Shown: piece after piece, positions 1 to 12,655 of the stretch
Layout: every line of letters starts with the position of its first letter
Position numbering within the stretch: the first letter of the stretch is position 1
Assembly (NCBI RefSeq): GCF_001194135.2
Contig: NC_068993.1
Coordinates: 16,806,541 to 16,854,256 of the forward strand
Source of the DNA: Octopus bimaculoides
Taxonomy: Eukaryota
Length of the DNA stretch: 47,716 nt
Direction of reading: 5' to 3'
The notes under the pieces: model-generated
What the model saw: only the letters and a program-made list of their open reading frames with translations
What the model was told of the DNA's origin: nothing
Database searches by the model: none
Translations under genes and position numbers: made by a program

Positions 1-1573
1 CTTGTTCTCCTATTCATCCCAAATACCATAGCTCATTGTGCTACCCTACCCCCTGCCAAGATGGGTCGGTCGGTACATTCCTATCCTGCCGTTTTTGAAC
101 TTTCGCTGACCGGAAAGGGGCAGCTACGCTAAAAATAGCTGTGGTTGCCGACAAGACGAAGGAAATACCATTCTCCCCAACTGACCAGAGTACGGGTTCA
201 AAACCCAGCCCGGGAGATAGGGATATAATGCCAACTGTATTTTCGGTCGTCGCATCAATATATAAACTGGAACCTCAACATGGATGACAAAAGGAAGAAC
301 AGTATTGATACAGAAGGACAAAGAAGAGAGAAGGGAAGTCAGCATTTATAGACTTATTACATGTTTACCATTGCTCCAGAAATTATTAACTGGCCTATTA
401 GCAGATGGGTGAGTCAAGAATCAATCAAACCCAGTTAACATGGAATTGACCTTGGACATGAAAACAGCTATTCATTCGAACAGCAAATGAAGTGCAAACA
501 ACTTTGGATGCAAGTTGTGCTGTAGGACCTTTGCTACTGAGAGAGGTTTGAAGATACACAGGGGAAAGACTTGTAAGAAAAGGACTGAGTGTGGATCGTC
601 TGATCGTAAAACATGTGGCAAAACATCCCCAGACTCAAACCACAGTGGATCAATAAAGGTTACAGCAAAGAACTCTTCCTGACAGGAAACTGCAGGTTAG
701 GAAGCTGGTGCATCAAATAGTACTTGGAGGAAACCAAGGGTTTTGTGGCCCGCTGCTAATGGGAAAGGAAAATATAAAGAGTTTGAAAACAAGGTATGTC
801 GAGCTCTTTACAAAATCACAGGATCTACAGTGGAGAAACTGGGAAAGTTAACAAGCTCAGTACATGATACAGGAAAGGAATTATTTGGAGTGAAAAATAG
901 TATCTGATTAGCAAAAGGAAAGTGTGGACCAAGCAGGAGGATCAGGAAAATGAAACAGTTGAGGAAGGAAAAGACCAGCCTAAGAAAGCAATGAAAATGT
1001 GCTGCAGAAGACAAAAAACCTGGCTTTGTGCTGCTGTATGACAATTTGGAAAGGAAATGCTGTTATGTGCAATGACATATCCACCGATATGAGTGACGAA
1101 AGGAAAGTAAAAGGATTCGGGGGCAGTTTCTGAAGTATGGGGTTACTAAGAAGCTGTTCACTGAACCGAAGAGTAGCACTTTATCGTGCATGAAAGAAGA
1201 ATTGGATGCTCATATTGAAGAAACCTACAGCGATCTACACCGTAACCAGCCACTGCCACCTCTAAATGGGCTAAAGCATCTCTTAGAACTTGATATCGAA
1301 TTTCAAATTGGAGACATCAGGTAGAAAAAGGTGAATGATTTTGTGAGAAAAGCGAGAGCAAAGAATGCCCCAGGAGGTGGTGGCATCTTGTATAAAGTAT
1401 ACAAATATTGCAATCGTCTGTGAAAGAAGCTCTTTGTCCTACTCCAACAGCTGTGGTGCAAAGAGACTCTAGTAGAGGATTGGTGTAAGGCAGAAGGCAT
1501 ATACCTGCCGAAGGAGGCCAATGCAGAGACTATAAAACAGTTTAGGCTGATATCCTTATTGAATGTGGAAGGC
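1..1573 (+). mobile_element. HERO-clade (R2 superfamily, RLE-type) non-LTR retrotransposon, 5' portion, decayed; ends inside RT
   Basis: Frame +2 (with several in-frame stops) reads CKLCCRTFATERGLKIHRGKTC (zinc finger, 509-574), LWPAANGKGKYKEFE...KELFGV, GPSRRIRKMKQLRKEK, RKARAKNAPGGGGILYKVYKYC and WCKAEGIYLPKEANAETIKQFRLISLLNVEG (to 1573). These are the N-terminal and RT0/RT1 motifs characteristic of HERO elements. The 5' boundary may lie outside the window. Confidence 0.8.
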
Positions 1574-3090
1574 TGGGGGAAGACTAGCTCTCTCTCTGCA
1601 ACTCTTTATCATTGCCTTAATCCCTCTGACAAGTATACTGAGAAAATCCAGGCCTGCCTATGAGTTTACCAAAATGAAGATGATCTCAAACTATATATAA
1701 AAAAAATGAAAAAGACCTAGACTCTCTGATCCAAACAGTAAGAGTATTCAGCAAGAATATTGGAATGCAGTTTGAGATAAATAAGTGTGCAATGCTAATT
1801 ATGAAGAGAGAGCAGAAGATAAACTCTGATGGCACCAAATTACTGCAAGACAAATGTCATTAGATTGCTTGTGGATTAATGAGAAATGCAAATACCTAGG
1901 GATGCTGCAAGACAATAGAATAATGGAAAGAGAAATGAGAGAGAAAACCTTTAAAGATTACAAGAAAATTAGGAAGGTGCTTGAAATATAATTAAATGGA
2001 GGGCATATCATTAAGCAATAAATACATGTGGTATGCCAGTATTAAGACATTCTGCTCCTTTTCTAAAATGGACAAAGGTCAAGCTACAGAATTTGTATAG
2101 AAGAACTAGGAAGCTGCTCATAATGCATGGTGCATACCAACCTAAAAGTAATACCGAAAAACTTTCAAGAAAGGAAGGTGACAGAAGATTACTAAATACA
2201 GAAGATGTTGATATTGCGATATTAGGATTGAAAAATTATGTTGTGCAGAATGAGGAAAGATTAGCCTTTAGCAAAGAAGTTACTCAAACAATAGAAGAAT
2301 TTAAGAACAGAAGTAAGAACAATAGAACATGCAGATGGAAAGAAATGGAATTACATGTCTAGTTCATGCAGCAAATTGAGGAGGTTGGTAGTCAAAAACA
2401 CAGGCTTTGGTTGACAGAAAGCAAAAGACCAAAGCTGACCAAAGTACTTAGGAACTACTCATCAGGAGGAATCTGATAAAAGCAAGGATTGATAAAACTC
2501 AGTCAGGCAACAATTGTAGAATCTGTAGTAAAGGTGATGAAATCATTAATCATCTCCTGAGTGAGTGTTAGCTGGCACAAAAAGACAATAAGGGCCGACA
2601 TGACCATGTCAATAAAAGAGTACATTGGGATGTTAACCAAGTGTGAGACTTTGAAATCATAGGAAAGTGGAGTGGAATGAACACAAACTAGAGGCTGTAA
2701 TAGAGAATAAAAATTACAGGATCTTATGGTATTTCTCCATAAAGACTGACTGTACTACTGAAGCAAGAAGACCAGACATGATTACAGAGGACAAAATAAA
2801 CAAACAATGTTAGATCATCAGCATTCCAGTTTTCTATGATAACAAAGTCAATACTAAAGAGATTGAGAAAATTGAGAAATATCAGGATCTAACCAGAGCT
2901 GAAGAGACTGTGAAATACTAAAGCAACAATGGCAATCAGGGCAGTTGGCACAACATCCAAGATGCTACTTAAAAGACTGAAAGAAATTGGAACTAAGACT
3001 CGCATTGTTGACCTACAGAAATGTACCACCCTGTATTCTGAAAGTTTCTTGAGATTTGAGGAGACTTGTTGCCACCAAACCTGATGATGC
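1574..3090 (+). mobile_element. R4/Dong/Rex6-like RLE non-LTR retrotransposon, RT4 to 3' end, decayed
   Basis: Motifs in order: GD*LSLQLFIIALIPLT (QGDSLSPLLF-like), DDLKLY (1679), FSKNIGMQFEINKCA, LNGGHII...PVLRHSAPFLKWT, RKLLIMHGAYQPKS, CCHC knuckle CRICSKGDEIINHLLSEC (2515-2568), RLE TDCTTEARRPDMI...EIEKIEKYQDL, and terminal IVDLQKCTTLYSE. Frameshifted and containing stops. Confidence 0.85.
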
Positions 3091-3094
3091 CGTC

Positions 3095-3334
3095 CCTGCT
3101 AATTGAATAATGAATTAAAGAAGATTGGAATAAAATGTCCTGTAGAGCTTCTACAGGTTTGCCTCTTAGGAACAGAAAAGATCATCATGGGGTTTTGAGC
3201 ACTTGATGGTTTATTAAAGTCATGTAGATATCTAAGGTTTATGGGGGAGAACTCACTATCCACATAAATTCTATCAGGAATAAAGCCAATCTTGTGTCAA
3301 GATGTTAAATAATAATAATGATAATAATGATAAT
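3095..3334 (+). mobile_element. Second R4-like 3' terminal fragment with 3' UTR and (AAT)n-like tail
   Basis: ELKKIGIKCPVELLQ-VCLLGTEKII parallels the terminal LKEIG...LQK motif of the preceding element but differs in sequence. It is followed by a UTR and aataataatgataataatgataat (about 3308-3334). Confidence 0.6.
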
Positions 3335-3490
3335 GGTTTCAAATTTTGGCACAAGGCCAGCAAGTCCAGGAGGGGAGTAAGTCAATTACATCAGCTCCAG
3401 TGTTTAACTGATACTTATTTTATTAATCCTAAAAAAATGAAAAGCTAAGTCAACCTCGGCGGAATTTGAACTCAGAACATAAAGATGGAC
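3335..3490 (-). mobile_element. SINE family B (Nin/Deu-domain-like), partial
   Basis: Reverse complement of the recurring unit ttctgagttcaaattccgccgagg...gacttt...tcatcct...ataaaataagtaccag...ggccttgtgccaaaatttgaaacc. Confidence 0.7.
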
Positions 3491-5079
3491 ATGAAGAACT
3501 GAAGATTCCAGTTAGAAAAATAACGAAATATAATCAACTACTTCTATTACTTAGAAATGAATGTATGCTGGTTTTGATAATAAACTATCTGTTCTTTGAA
3601 TTAGCATGTAAATGGTTGAGTACTCCATAGACATGTACACTCTTAACATAATGTTGAAGTAGAATCAATGTGACACATTTGGATCATTTAATGGCAGGTC
3701 CTGTACATCCGATGGACTTCTGCTCAGTTTCCATCTACCGATTTGCACTCCTGAAGCATGGATCAACCTGAGACCAGAGTACATGACACTTGTTCTAAAT
3801 GCTATGCTGTAGGATTGAACCTGGGACTTTATTATTGTAAAAGGGAACATCTTAATAATTCAGCCATGCAGCATCCATGTAGCCTCACACACACATACAC
3901 ACGTGCATCCACACACACACACACACACACACAGCTATTTAGTGTTTATAGCAACGTGTTATCTATAAGATAGTGAAGTAAGTTGCATTGAATAAATAAC
4001 CATTCTAAACATTATAAAGGTTACAATAACTTGTACACCACTATAGACATCAACTTCTGACCAGACATACACATATGCACACATATGTATTTATACACAC
4101 ACACACACACATGTATTCACATCGCATACATACATGTATTCATATCACACATGTACATGTCCATGCATTCAATACACAAATGCATACACACAATCTCACT
4201 CACTCACATACACATTTCATCAGTAGCAATAATAATAAGAAGAAGAAAAGAAAAGGATAGTTAATTAGCCAAAGTTATTTATTAAAAACAGTATAATGAA
4301 ACAGAAATCGTAAATATCAATGCAAGAAGAGTCAATTTTTAATGAGCGATATTGCCATTCCCTTAGAGACAATGTTTTGGTGCTCTTGGTTGTTTTACTT
4401 TTCTGTCTCCTCAGTGACTGCAACAATTTGATCTACTGTATGTAGTCACTAAAAACTGTCTCAGCTCTGGTGATTAATTTTTGTATTTTCTGACCTGTTT
4501 TGGTCCTACAATACTGCGTTTGATTTATCTGTGACCACCATCTAAATTATATAGTTCTAGAACCAAGATAAATACATACTGCTGTTTCAGCTGTCTTGCA
4601 GTGAAAATATAAATTGGAGATCAAACTCCTTAGCTAGATCAGTAAATTAGAACTGATCCCTTCCCCCACTCTTCTTTCTTTTTTTTTTTTTTTTTTATAG
4701 TCATACAAGTAAGTGTATATTGTCCTAGTTTGGTGTTTAACTCTTAAAAAATAAATAAATTACCCCGACTGTAAATCATTGACATTCGTTGGTCAAATGG
4801 AGGGATTCTGCACATAGTCACTTAATCTCCTAGAAATAGCAGTCAAATTTCCTTTGAATGACATTTATGTTTTTAAAAATGAGACACATTTGACATACTA
4901 GTCCTTGATATTTAAAAATGGGTTGGTCACAGTTGTGAACGATTTTAATCATGTCTTTTCAAATCTGGACTTAACTGAGGTTAAACAACAGCATCATTGA
5001 CGTATGACCTAACACATTACCCTTATTAATATATTTCTGATTTAATTATTTCAGTTCCTCCAATTTAGCTGGCTCTCTT

Positions 5080-6630
5080 ATGAACTACTACGTTTGTATT
5101 TTTTCACCCAACCTCTCTCACACTACCTTCTATTTTTAGGGATCTCTCTTTTCCCTCTAAATTCATCTTTTATTTCTATCATTGTCCAAACTCTTCTGAT
5201 CACTACCATGGCACCAAGAACATCTTTCTGAACTCTTCACCCTTTGACGTCATCTTTGGTAGTAGATTTAATTTAATGCCTGGTTTATCATCCCCACCTA
5301 GTTGTTGGCTACCTTTAATGAAGTTCATTCTGTTGCAAGCATTTGAACCCCGGATAGTTTAATAGTGACTGTTTCTCCCTCACTTTCTACCATTAATTTT
5401 GAAAGCTCTACAAAGAAGATCATGAATGCTTCCCTTCTTCCCCTAATTAAGGCATTAAAAAAATCATGCTCAACACCTTTTCTACTCCATTTCTCAGCTT
5501 GACTCTTCGCTGTCAACCATAATTACCTGCACTTAAAATTCTTTTACCAACACATCAACTCTCCAAACAGTTTTGGTCTCTTTCTCACTCGTAAGCCCAA
5601 GCATTGTCCTGTCATCACAATTTCTGTTTCCACCAAATCATGTAATTACAACTTAATCAAGGCAGTACTTCCAATATCATTCTAGCACATGACATTCTGT
5701 GAACCCTTTCGTCCATGAAATCAGCTAATCCATCGGAGCTACACCACTTCTGGATCATCTGTTATTGGCAGCTAATGTGCTCCACCTTTGACTTGTCCAA
5801 CTCTGGTAACTGATACTATCCGTTTAGATATGTCCATCCATACATCTCACGCAACCAAAGCCCCAAAACCACTAAACGGTTCACACACTGGTGAAGAACA
5901 CCGCCTATGACACCTGAATAAAACTGTCTCCAACAAAAATGGCTCTGTAAGTAGCACTCCATCCCACACAACATAATCCTCCTTCACTCCCTTCTTAATT
6001 ACAATTTGTCTTGCTACCACATTCATAAAGTTTACCAAATGTGAACATTTCTCTACCTACACCAACCCATTTAAACCACTGGATCTGATAGTGTTTCCTA
6101 AATTATCCTCAAATGATGCACTAATTTAGCTCCTATCCTTACCAAACTCACCACTTTTCCTCTATTTGTGGAAATATATAGATAGTGTCTCCCATCTTAA
6201 AGGAGTAATCTCTTTGAAGCTACAAATACAGATCGGTCATATTTACTTGCAACATCTTAAAAGATATAAAGACATTTGCGAATAACCAACTCTTTTATTA
6301 TCTTCTACCTCAGCATGGTGTCTGTAGAGCCACATCTATTAAAGAACTGTTTGCATACATCTAATAGTGGTCTTTTGCCTTTGAAAAATTGGTGAAAACA
6401 TTGTTGTCTTTGACCATGTCTTGTACATGAACCTGCTTAGTCACCTCTTTATGTTTCCATCCACATCCCATCTCTTGGATTTAAAATTTCCATCTAGACA
6501 GCCTCATGGTGCAGTGTGCATTGATGCAAATTTCTCCACCTTACAGGCTGTCAACTATTCATAAGTGACTTTGTTATTTTGCTTCCAATATTCTTCTACA
6601 CAGACGATACCTTCATTCACTCCTCTTTGA
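5080..6630 (+). mobile_element. Heavily decayed CR1/L2/Jockey-group LINE (endonuclease to RT)
   Basis: Relic motifs TGSDSVS*IILK*CTNLAPILTKL (GPD..LK.CA.ELAP.L), QHG (about 6313), FDHV...LL and FYTDD (6597-6608) appear in the correct order, with many indels. Confidence 0.6.
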
Positions 6631-7080
6631 CATCGCTGTTTAACTCCAGATCAATCCTGAATGAGATGACTTATGATTAATGGTATTCTAGATATGACCG
6701 TTTTATGCTCTCAAACAGTATATTTTGAACTGCATTATTTGATATATCCTTTCTACTTTTCAAAGAAATCAAGCTGTTATTTCTAGCAGGTTTTGCAACC
6801 ATGTACAGTCTTTCTCATCAGCTTGTTCTCTTTAATATTTTGCATACAAGTGTCGTTCATACAATCTAGACACCTCAAGCCAGAATTGCCCCAATTCTTC
6901 AAATAGTATCTGTAGACATCTTTCAGCCAGGACATGTCAACCCAGTCTGTTTCAGTATTACTAAAATACAATCACTAAATATACACAGAAGACTACTTCA
7001 AACTTACTACAAATGCTCTGCATCATGGTCTCTGTAAATCTTTTTTAACTGATTGATGGTTCAGTGGAAGTTTGCTGCAG

Positions 7081-7654
7081 TATTAATGACTGACCAATAG
7101 TAGTTAAATCAATATTTATTCCCGTATTGATGACTGATCAATGGTTCAATCAATATTTACTGCACTATTAATTACTGATCAATAGTACTTCAATCAATAT
7201 TTACAACACTATTGATGACTTGATCGATAATTCAATCAATATTTACTTTGGTATTGATGATTGATCAGTGTGGTTCATCAGTATTTCTTGCACTATTGGT
7301 GACTCATCCGTTGTAGCTTAATCAGTTTTTATTGTAGTATTGATGATTGGCCAATGGTTCAAACAATATTTACAGAATTATTGATTATTGATCAATGGTA
7401 GTTCAATCAATATTTATTGTGCTATTGATGATTGATCAATAACAATTCAGTTAATAATTACTGTGCTTTTTATGACTGACCAACGATTCAATCAATATTT
7501 ACTTAAGTATTGATGATTGATCAGTGGTGGTTCATCAATATTTCTTGCAGTATCGATGAGTCACCAGTCATAGTTCAATTAGTATACACTGCACTATTGA
7601 TGACTGATCAATGATTCCATCAATATTTACTGCACTCCTGATGACTGACCAGTG
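7081..7654. repeat. Minisatellite, 41-44 bp units, about 13.5 copies
   Basis: Consensus tattgatgactgatcaatgg[tag]ttcaatcaatatttactgcac. Units start at 7081, 7125, 7166, 7210, 7252, 7294, 7338, 7379, 7423, 7467, 7508, 7551, 7595 and 7636. Confidence 0.95.
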
Positions 7655-8667
7655 AAATGCAAGGTGGGATAATGGCGATTATGTTAGATTAACTGTTGAT
7701 TTATTCTTCTCACTGATGACATCAACAAAGTGATGTGTTTTCAGCAGCTGAGTAGTTGCTTAGCAACAGAACAGACGTCCTTCACACTGTTAAAATATGA
7801 TCTCCAGTATTTAATTCAAGAACCTCTGAATTTGTTAAAATCTCTAACATTTATTTCAACATTATGAACCTCTTCTTTTTTCTTTCTTTCTAATAAATAA
7901 TATATACAGTTTTTTTTATGCTGTTGCATCACTGAAATAAAGATAGCTTTGATATATGTTCTTGTATATCATCATCATCATTGTTTTATGTCCATGTTCC
8001 ATGCAGGTATGAGTTGGACATTTTAACAGGATCTGATGGGTCCAAGGAAGGCACTATGTTTTGATATCTGCTTTAGCAGCATTTCTATGGCTGGATGCCC
8101 TTCCTAATACCAACCACTTTACAATGTGTACTGCCAGCTTTTTTTCATACCACTTGTTCTATTGTGATTACAATACAGCTCACAAACCTATGAACTCTAT
8201 GCAATGGTAGTGGTTAAAGTTCATTTCATAATCACAGTGTTCTGGGTTCATCCTCACTGCATGGCAGCTTAACCACATATATTCTATAGTAGCCTCAATA
8301 TGACTCAAGCCTTATAAGTAAATTTGGAGAGATACGAACTCTGTAGAAGCTTATGAGATGAGCTATACATATACTTAAAGGAGCCTAACTCTGTCATTAC
8401 AGACCATCACATTGATTCTACCTTTGGGTTAGGTTAAGGATGTAAGTGTCTGTGGAATACTCAGCCACTTCTATACTGCAATAAGTCAATAGTTTCAATA
8501 ATGGAACAACTGAAATCATCACATTTCGTGTTCAGTCCTACTGGAGGGCAAACTTGGGCAGGTGTCTTCCACTATAGCCCTAGGCCAAAGTCTTGTGAGC
8601 AGATTTGGTTGATGGAAACTGAAAAAGCCCATTGCATGTGTTTGGTGTGTGTGTGTGTGTGTGTGTG

Positions 8668-8992
8668 AAGGCATTTGGCTTAGTGGTTAGGGGTATTCAG
8701 CTCACATTCATAAGGTCATGAGTTCAATTCTTGGCAGTGCATCATGTCCTTGAGCAAGACACTTTATTTCACATTGCTCCAGTCCATTCAACTGGTAAAA
8801 ATGGGTCATGCTTGCATTTCAAAGCATCGGCCTTGTTGCATTCTGTGTTACGCTGAATCTCCCTCTCCCTAAGAACTATGTTAAGGGTGCACATGTCTGT
8901 GGAGTGCTCAGCCACTTGCACATTAATTTCACAAGCAGGCTGTTCCATTGATCAGATCAACTGGAACCCTTGTCATAATCGACAGAGCACCA
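8668..8992 (+). mobile_element. tRNA-derived SINE family E, near full length
   Basis: Head tggcttagtggttagg...gagttcaattc (A/B-box-like), central gtccttgagcaagacactttatttcacattgctccag, and tail ggagtgctcagccacttgcac...ggaaccc. Partial copies at about 3590-3700 (-), 8430-8530, 11395-11500 (-) and 38780-38880 (-). Confidence 0.75.
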
Positions 8993-9002
8993 ATTTATTT
9001 TT

Positions 9003-9258
9003 ATCATCATCATCATCATCGTTTAACGTCCGCTTTCCATGCTAGCATGGGTTGGACGATTTGACTGAGGACTGGTGAACCAGATGGCTACACCAGGCTC
9101 CAATTTGATTTGGCAGAGTTTCTACAGCTGGATGCCCTTCCTAACGCCAACCACTCCGAGAGTGTAGTGGGTGCTTTTACGTGCCACCGGCACAAAGGCC
9201 AGTCAGGCGGTACTGGCAACAGCCATGCTCAAAATGGTGTATTTTACATGCCACCTGT
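9003..9258 (-). mobile_element. Family C: RTE-type 3' tail element (young copy)
   Basis: Contains ggttggcgttaggaagggcatccagctgtag and ends in ...gcggacgttaaacgatgatgatg on the minus strand. Nearly identical to 31155-31400, 36190-36365 and 44421-44609. Confidence 0.85.
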
Positions 9259-9274
9259 AAGTATATATATATAA

Positions 9275-9278
<4 letters not shown>

Positions 9279-9354
<76 letters not shown>
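9279..9354. repeat. (GT)n microsatellite (one of many CA/GT, AG/CT, AT, ATT, GAT and GGT tracts)
   Basis: Directly visible. Other long tracts: 11229-11330, 12599-12652, 18534-18580, 18955-19047, 26890-26990, 29318-29371, 35930-35990, 43642-43714. Confidence 0.98.
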
Positions 9355-9355
<1 letters not shown>

Positions 9356-9820
9356 GACATTGCGTAATAGTCATACAAGCAATGTAATCCATTTCCAATA
9401 TTCTGGAAAGCATGTCTGGCCATGGAGAAATATTACGTTGTTAGGAAACAGATGTGGAATTGCCAACAGGAAAGACATCCAGCTGTAAGAAATCTGTCTC
9501 AATAAACTCTGACTAACCTGTGCAGGCATCAAAAATAGACATGAAAACAATGATGACAATGATAGGCAAGAATCATGAGATGGTTGGCACATCTCTTTCA
9601 CATCTCTTCTTTGTTCCAGAATTTTAATTTTCTAGTCACTGATGACAGGTTTCTTTTAGTAATGAGGAAATTATTTGGGTATGGTGATAATTATCCTTCT
9701 TGTCAGTGGTGGTGGTGGTGGTGATGGTGACAGTGGTAGTTAGCTACAGATCATTTCTAATTGAGCAGAACTAACGACCAAAGATATTCCATTCATGACC
9801 ATCAAGTCTTGCTTTCTTTA

Positions 9821-10752
9821 CGAGGTGGTATCAAAAGGTTCCTGGACTATTTATGTTTAATAAAAAATAACATATTTACCTGAGTTTTAACATCATCTCT
9901 TTTAAAATCGTCACCTTACACAGCAATACACTGGTCCCAACGTTCCTGCCACTTTTGGAATCCAGCCTGGAAGTCATTTTTTGTAAGTGAGTTGAGGACC
10001 TTCAGTGATACGCTCTGGATCTCGACAACAGTGTTAAAATGGTGACCGTTGTATTGCATCTTCATCTTGGGGAAGTGATGGAAATCTGCAGGTGCCAAAT
10101 TTGGTAAATAGGGCAGGTGCAGAAGTGATACCATGTTGTTTTTGATGAGAAACTCATGAGTGAGGAGGAGAGCTTAGTGACAGAGTGCTTTGTTGTGGTG
10201 AAGAGTCCAGTTCTTTGTGCTCCACAGATCCAGCCGTTTTTGCTGAATGTCCTCCTTCAAATGCTGCAAAACATTACAGTAGAATTCTCAATTGATAGTC
10301 TGACCTTGGGGGATGAAATCCGGATGCACAATAGCACATTTACAAGGGTAACACTCACAGTAGGTCTTCCAGATCCCTCCTCATCTTCGAGAGATGTTCT
10401 TCCACTTTTGAAGCACCCCTTGCCACTTGAAACATTGTATATGACCCATTGCCTCATCACTGTAAACTTGCCAAAATGTGCTCAATGTCCCTGTAGTAGA
10501 CTTCCCAAGTTTAATGCAAAGCTTCATGTTGGCTCTTTGCCCCAACTTCCTGTCCATGACAAAATCGCAGACTACAAACATACACATGATCGTAAAAATA
10601 CAAATTTCACAACTTGTGAAGTAAACACAGTGATGTCACTTAGCACACTGTTTCATGAAGGTCACTGCTAGCTCTCACTGTGCACGCAACTGTGTGCTAC
10701 CATCTGTTGGCACGCTGCAGAACTAGTCCAGGAACTTTTTGATACCATCTTG
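9821..10752 (-). mobile_element. Mariner (Tc1/mariner) DNA transposon, internally deleted, both TIRs intact
   Basis: TIRs cgaggtggtatcaaaaggttcctggact and agtccaggaactttttgataccatcttg, with TA duplications at 9819-9820 and 10753-10754. Minus-strand transposase relics: QRANMKLCIKLGKS, FKSGRTSLEDEEGSGRP, DFIPQGQTIN, WTLHHNKA, PYLPNLAPADF, WQERWDQC. Confidence 0.95.
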
Positions 10753-11220
10753 TAGTGTATCTACTACTCTACATCATCTAATATCGCCGGGTTTTTTTTA
10801 AGGTTGTGGTGTGTGATTAGAAGATTTGGTTGCTACTTCTTGTAGGTTGGGCAACCAATTGCTTAGAAACTCTTCCGTCCTTGTTGTTGTTGTTGTTTAG
10901 CCCTAGGTCAGCACTGAATGAGGTGTTCTGTGATCAGAGGCATTCCAACCATGACTATTCTGCTTTTATTTCAGGAGGTGTATTTATATGTTTATAATAT
11001 TTTTATATTATTTATCACAAACAGTGAACAATTATGTCATTTGTTATAGGTTTTAAATTGGCCAATCACTAACTCACTTTATTTCTGATGGTGAGGGTGA
11101 TAAGGGAGTGACTGAGTAAATGCAGAACAAGTATCTTGAAGGGCTTTATCTGTAAAGCCTGTTTTTCAATTTTCTCACTGAAGTTTATATCCTGCACCAA
11201 CATTCATTCATAAAAGTCCC

Positions 11221-11328
<108 letters not shown>

Positions 11329-12598
11329 GCAGATGGATCCGCCATCAACTTTGGTGATGAGTGTTCAGTTATTTTACAATCAACTAAATCATCTACTTGA
11401 ATTAATGTATAAAATGACTGAGTATTCCAGACACATGTACTCTTAATGCAACTCTCAAAGTGATCAACATGATACAGCATGTAACAAAGCTATACCTTTG
11501 ACTTACTGGGACAATCCATCTGACAAGCTTCCACATAGTTTCCATCTACCCAGTTTCACTCACAAGGCTTGGATCAACCCAAGACTTTGACTAAAGACAT
11601 TTGCCTAACATGCCACACACTAGGATTAAACTTGGAACCTCCCTGTTGTGTCAACCCAAATTTTGAATAGAAGATGCTGCACTGTTGAATTGAACCAGAG
11701 ACCATGTGGTTGTTAAATGAACTTCTCAACCACATGTCCATACCTGAACCTATCTCGGATGTCATAATCATTTTTATGAAGACAAAAAAATATCTTATCC
11801 CTTTTGGAAATAACAGAGTGTGATTCGAAAGAGATTTGGTTGCTATTTCTGGAAGGTTGAGAGATGACATTGAGGCTTCTCTGTTGGCTCAGTTGGTGTT
11901 ATTTTGTTATCAAGGTGCTGTTGCTTTATATGTTTGTTGAGCTTGTGCAATATATTTGTATATTTTCTGACTAATATGGCTTCCATGACTAATCTTCTTT
12001 AGTACTGGAAGGATATAATATATATACACATATATATATACACTCACATACATTCATACATGTGTGTATATATGCACACATGCATGTATACACGTGTGTA
12101 TGTTATTGACTCATGGGTTTCTTATATAGTTTTGTAGTGTGTTGTGTGATATATATTGTAAAGCCATGGTTAGTAAAGATATAAAAGCATGATTTCCTTT
12201 AACAGTTTATGTATAATTACACATACATGTCAACACATACACACAAATACATACGTATGTGCACACACACACACATGTATAAACAGATATGTGAATCTAG
12301 CTTTATACTACGTTGTAACCAATCTCACTGTTATGGTATCATTTTGGTTGAGTTCTTTGTTAATGCATTAGAATTAGAGGAAATAAATCCTGCTTAGAAT
12401 ATTTCTCATCTCTGGAAGATACAAATATGTATGTATGTATGTATGCATTATACACAAACACACATATACATGCAGACACACACAGGCATACAAATATATG
12501 CGATTCTTTTTATTTCATTTGGCCTAAACCATATTTGTTTTTCAGAGTAACTGTCTTGTTGTAGCTATTGTTGATGCTATGTATCTGCATATATGTAT

Positions 12599-12655
<57 letters not shown>

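Noticed and set aside
110-235. HDV-like ribozyme in the HERO 5' region
   Set aside because: I see a hairpin (GGCAGCTAC-GCT...AGC-T-GTGGTTGCC, about 119-149) and a TCTCCC/GGGAGA pairing, but could not build the nested double pseudoknot. A descriptor-based search would be needed to exclude it fully.
3078-3115. Hammerhead core CTGATGA at the R4-like 3' end
   Set aside because: There is no stem II followed by GAAA.
7081-7654. CRISPR-like appearance of regularly spaced palindromic units
   Set aside because: There are no unique spacers (units are contiguous and homologous throughout), no cas genes, and the context is eukaryotic.
10156-10671. 171-aa plus-strand ORF
   Set aside because: It is antisense to the mariner transposase relic, with no independent protein features.
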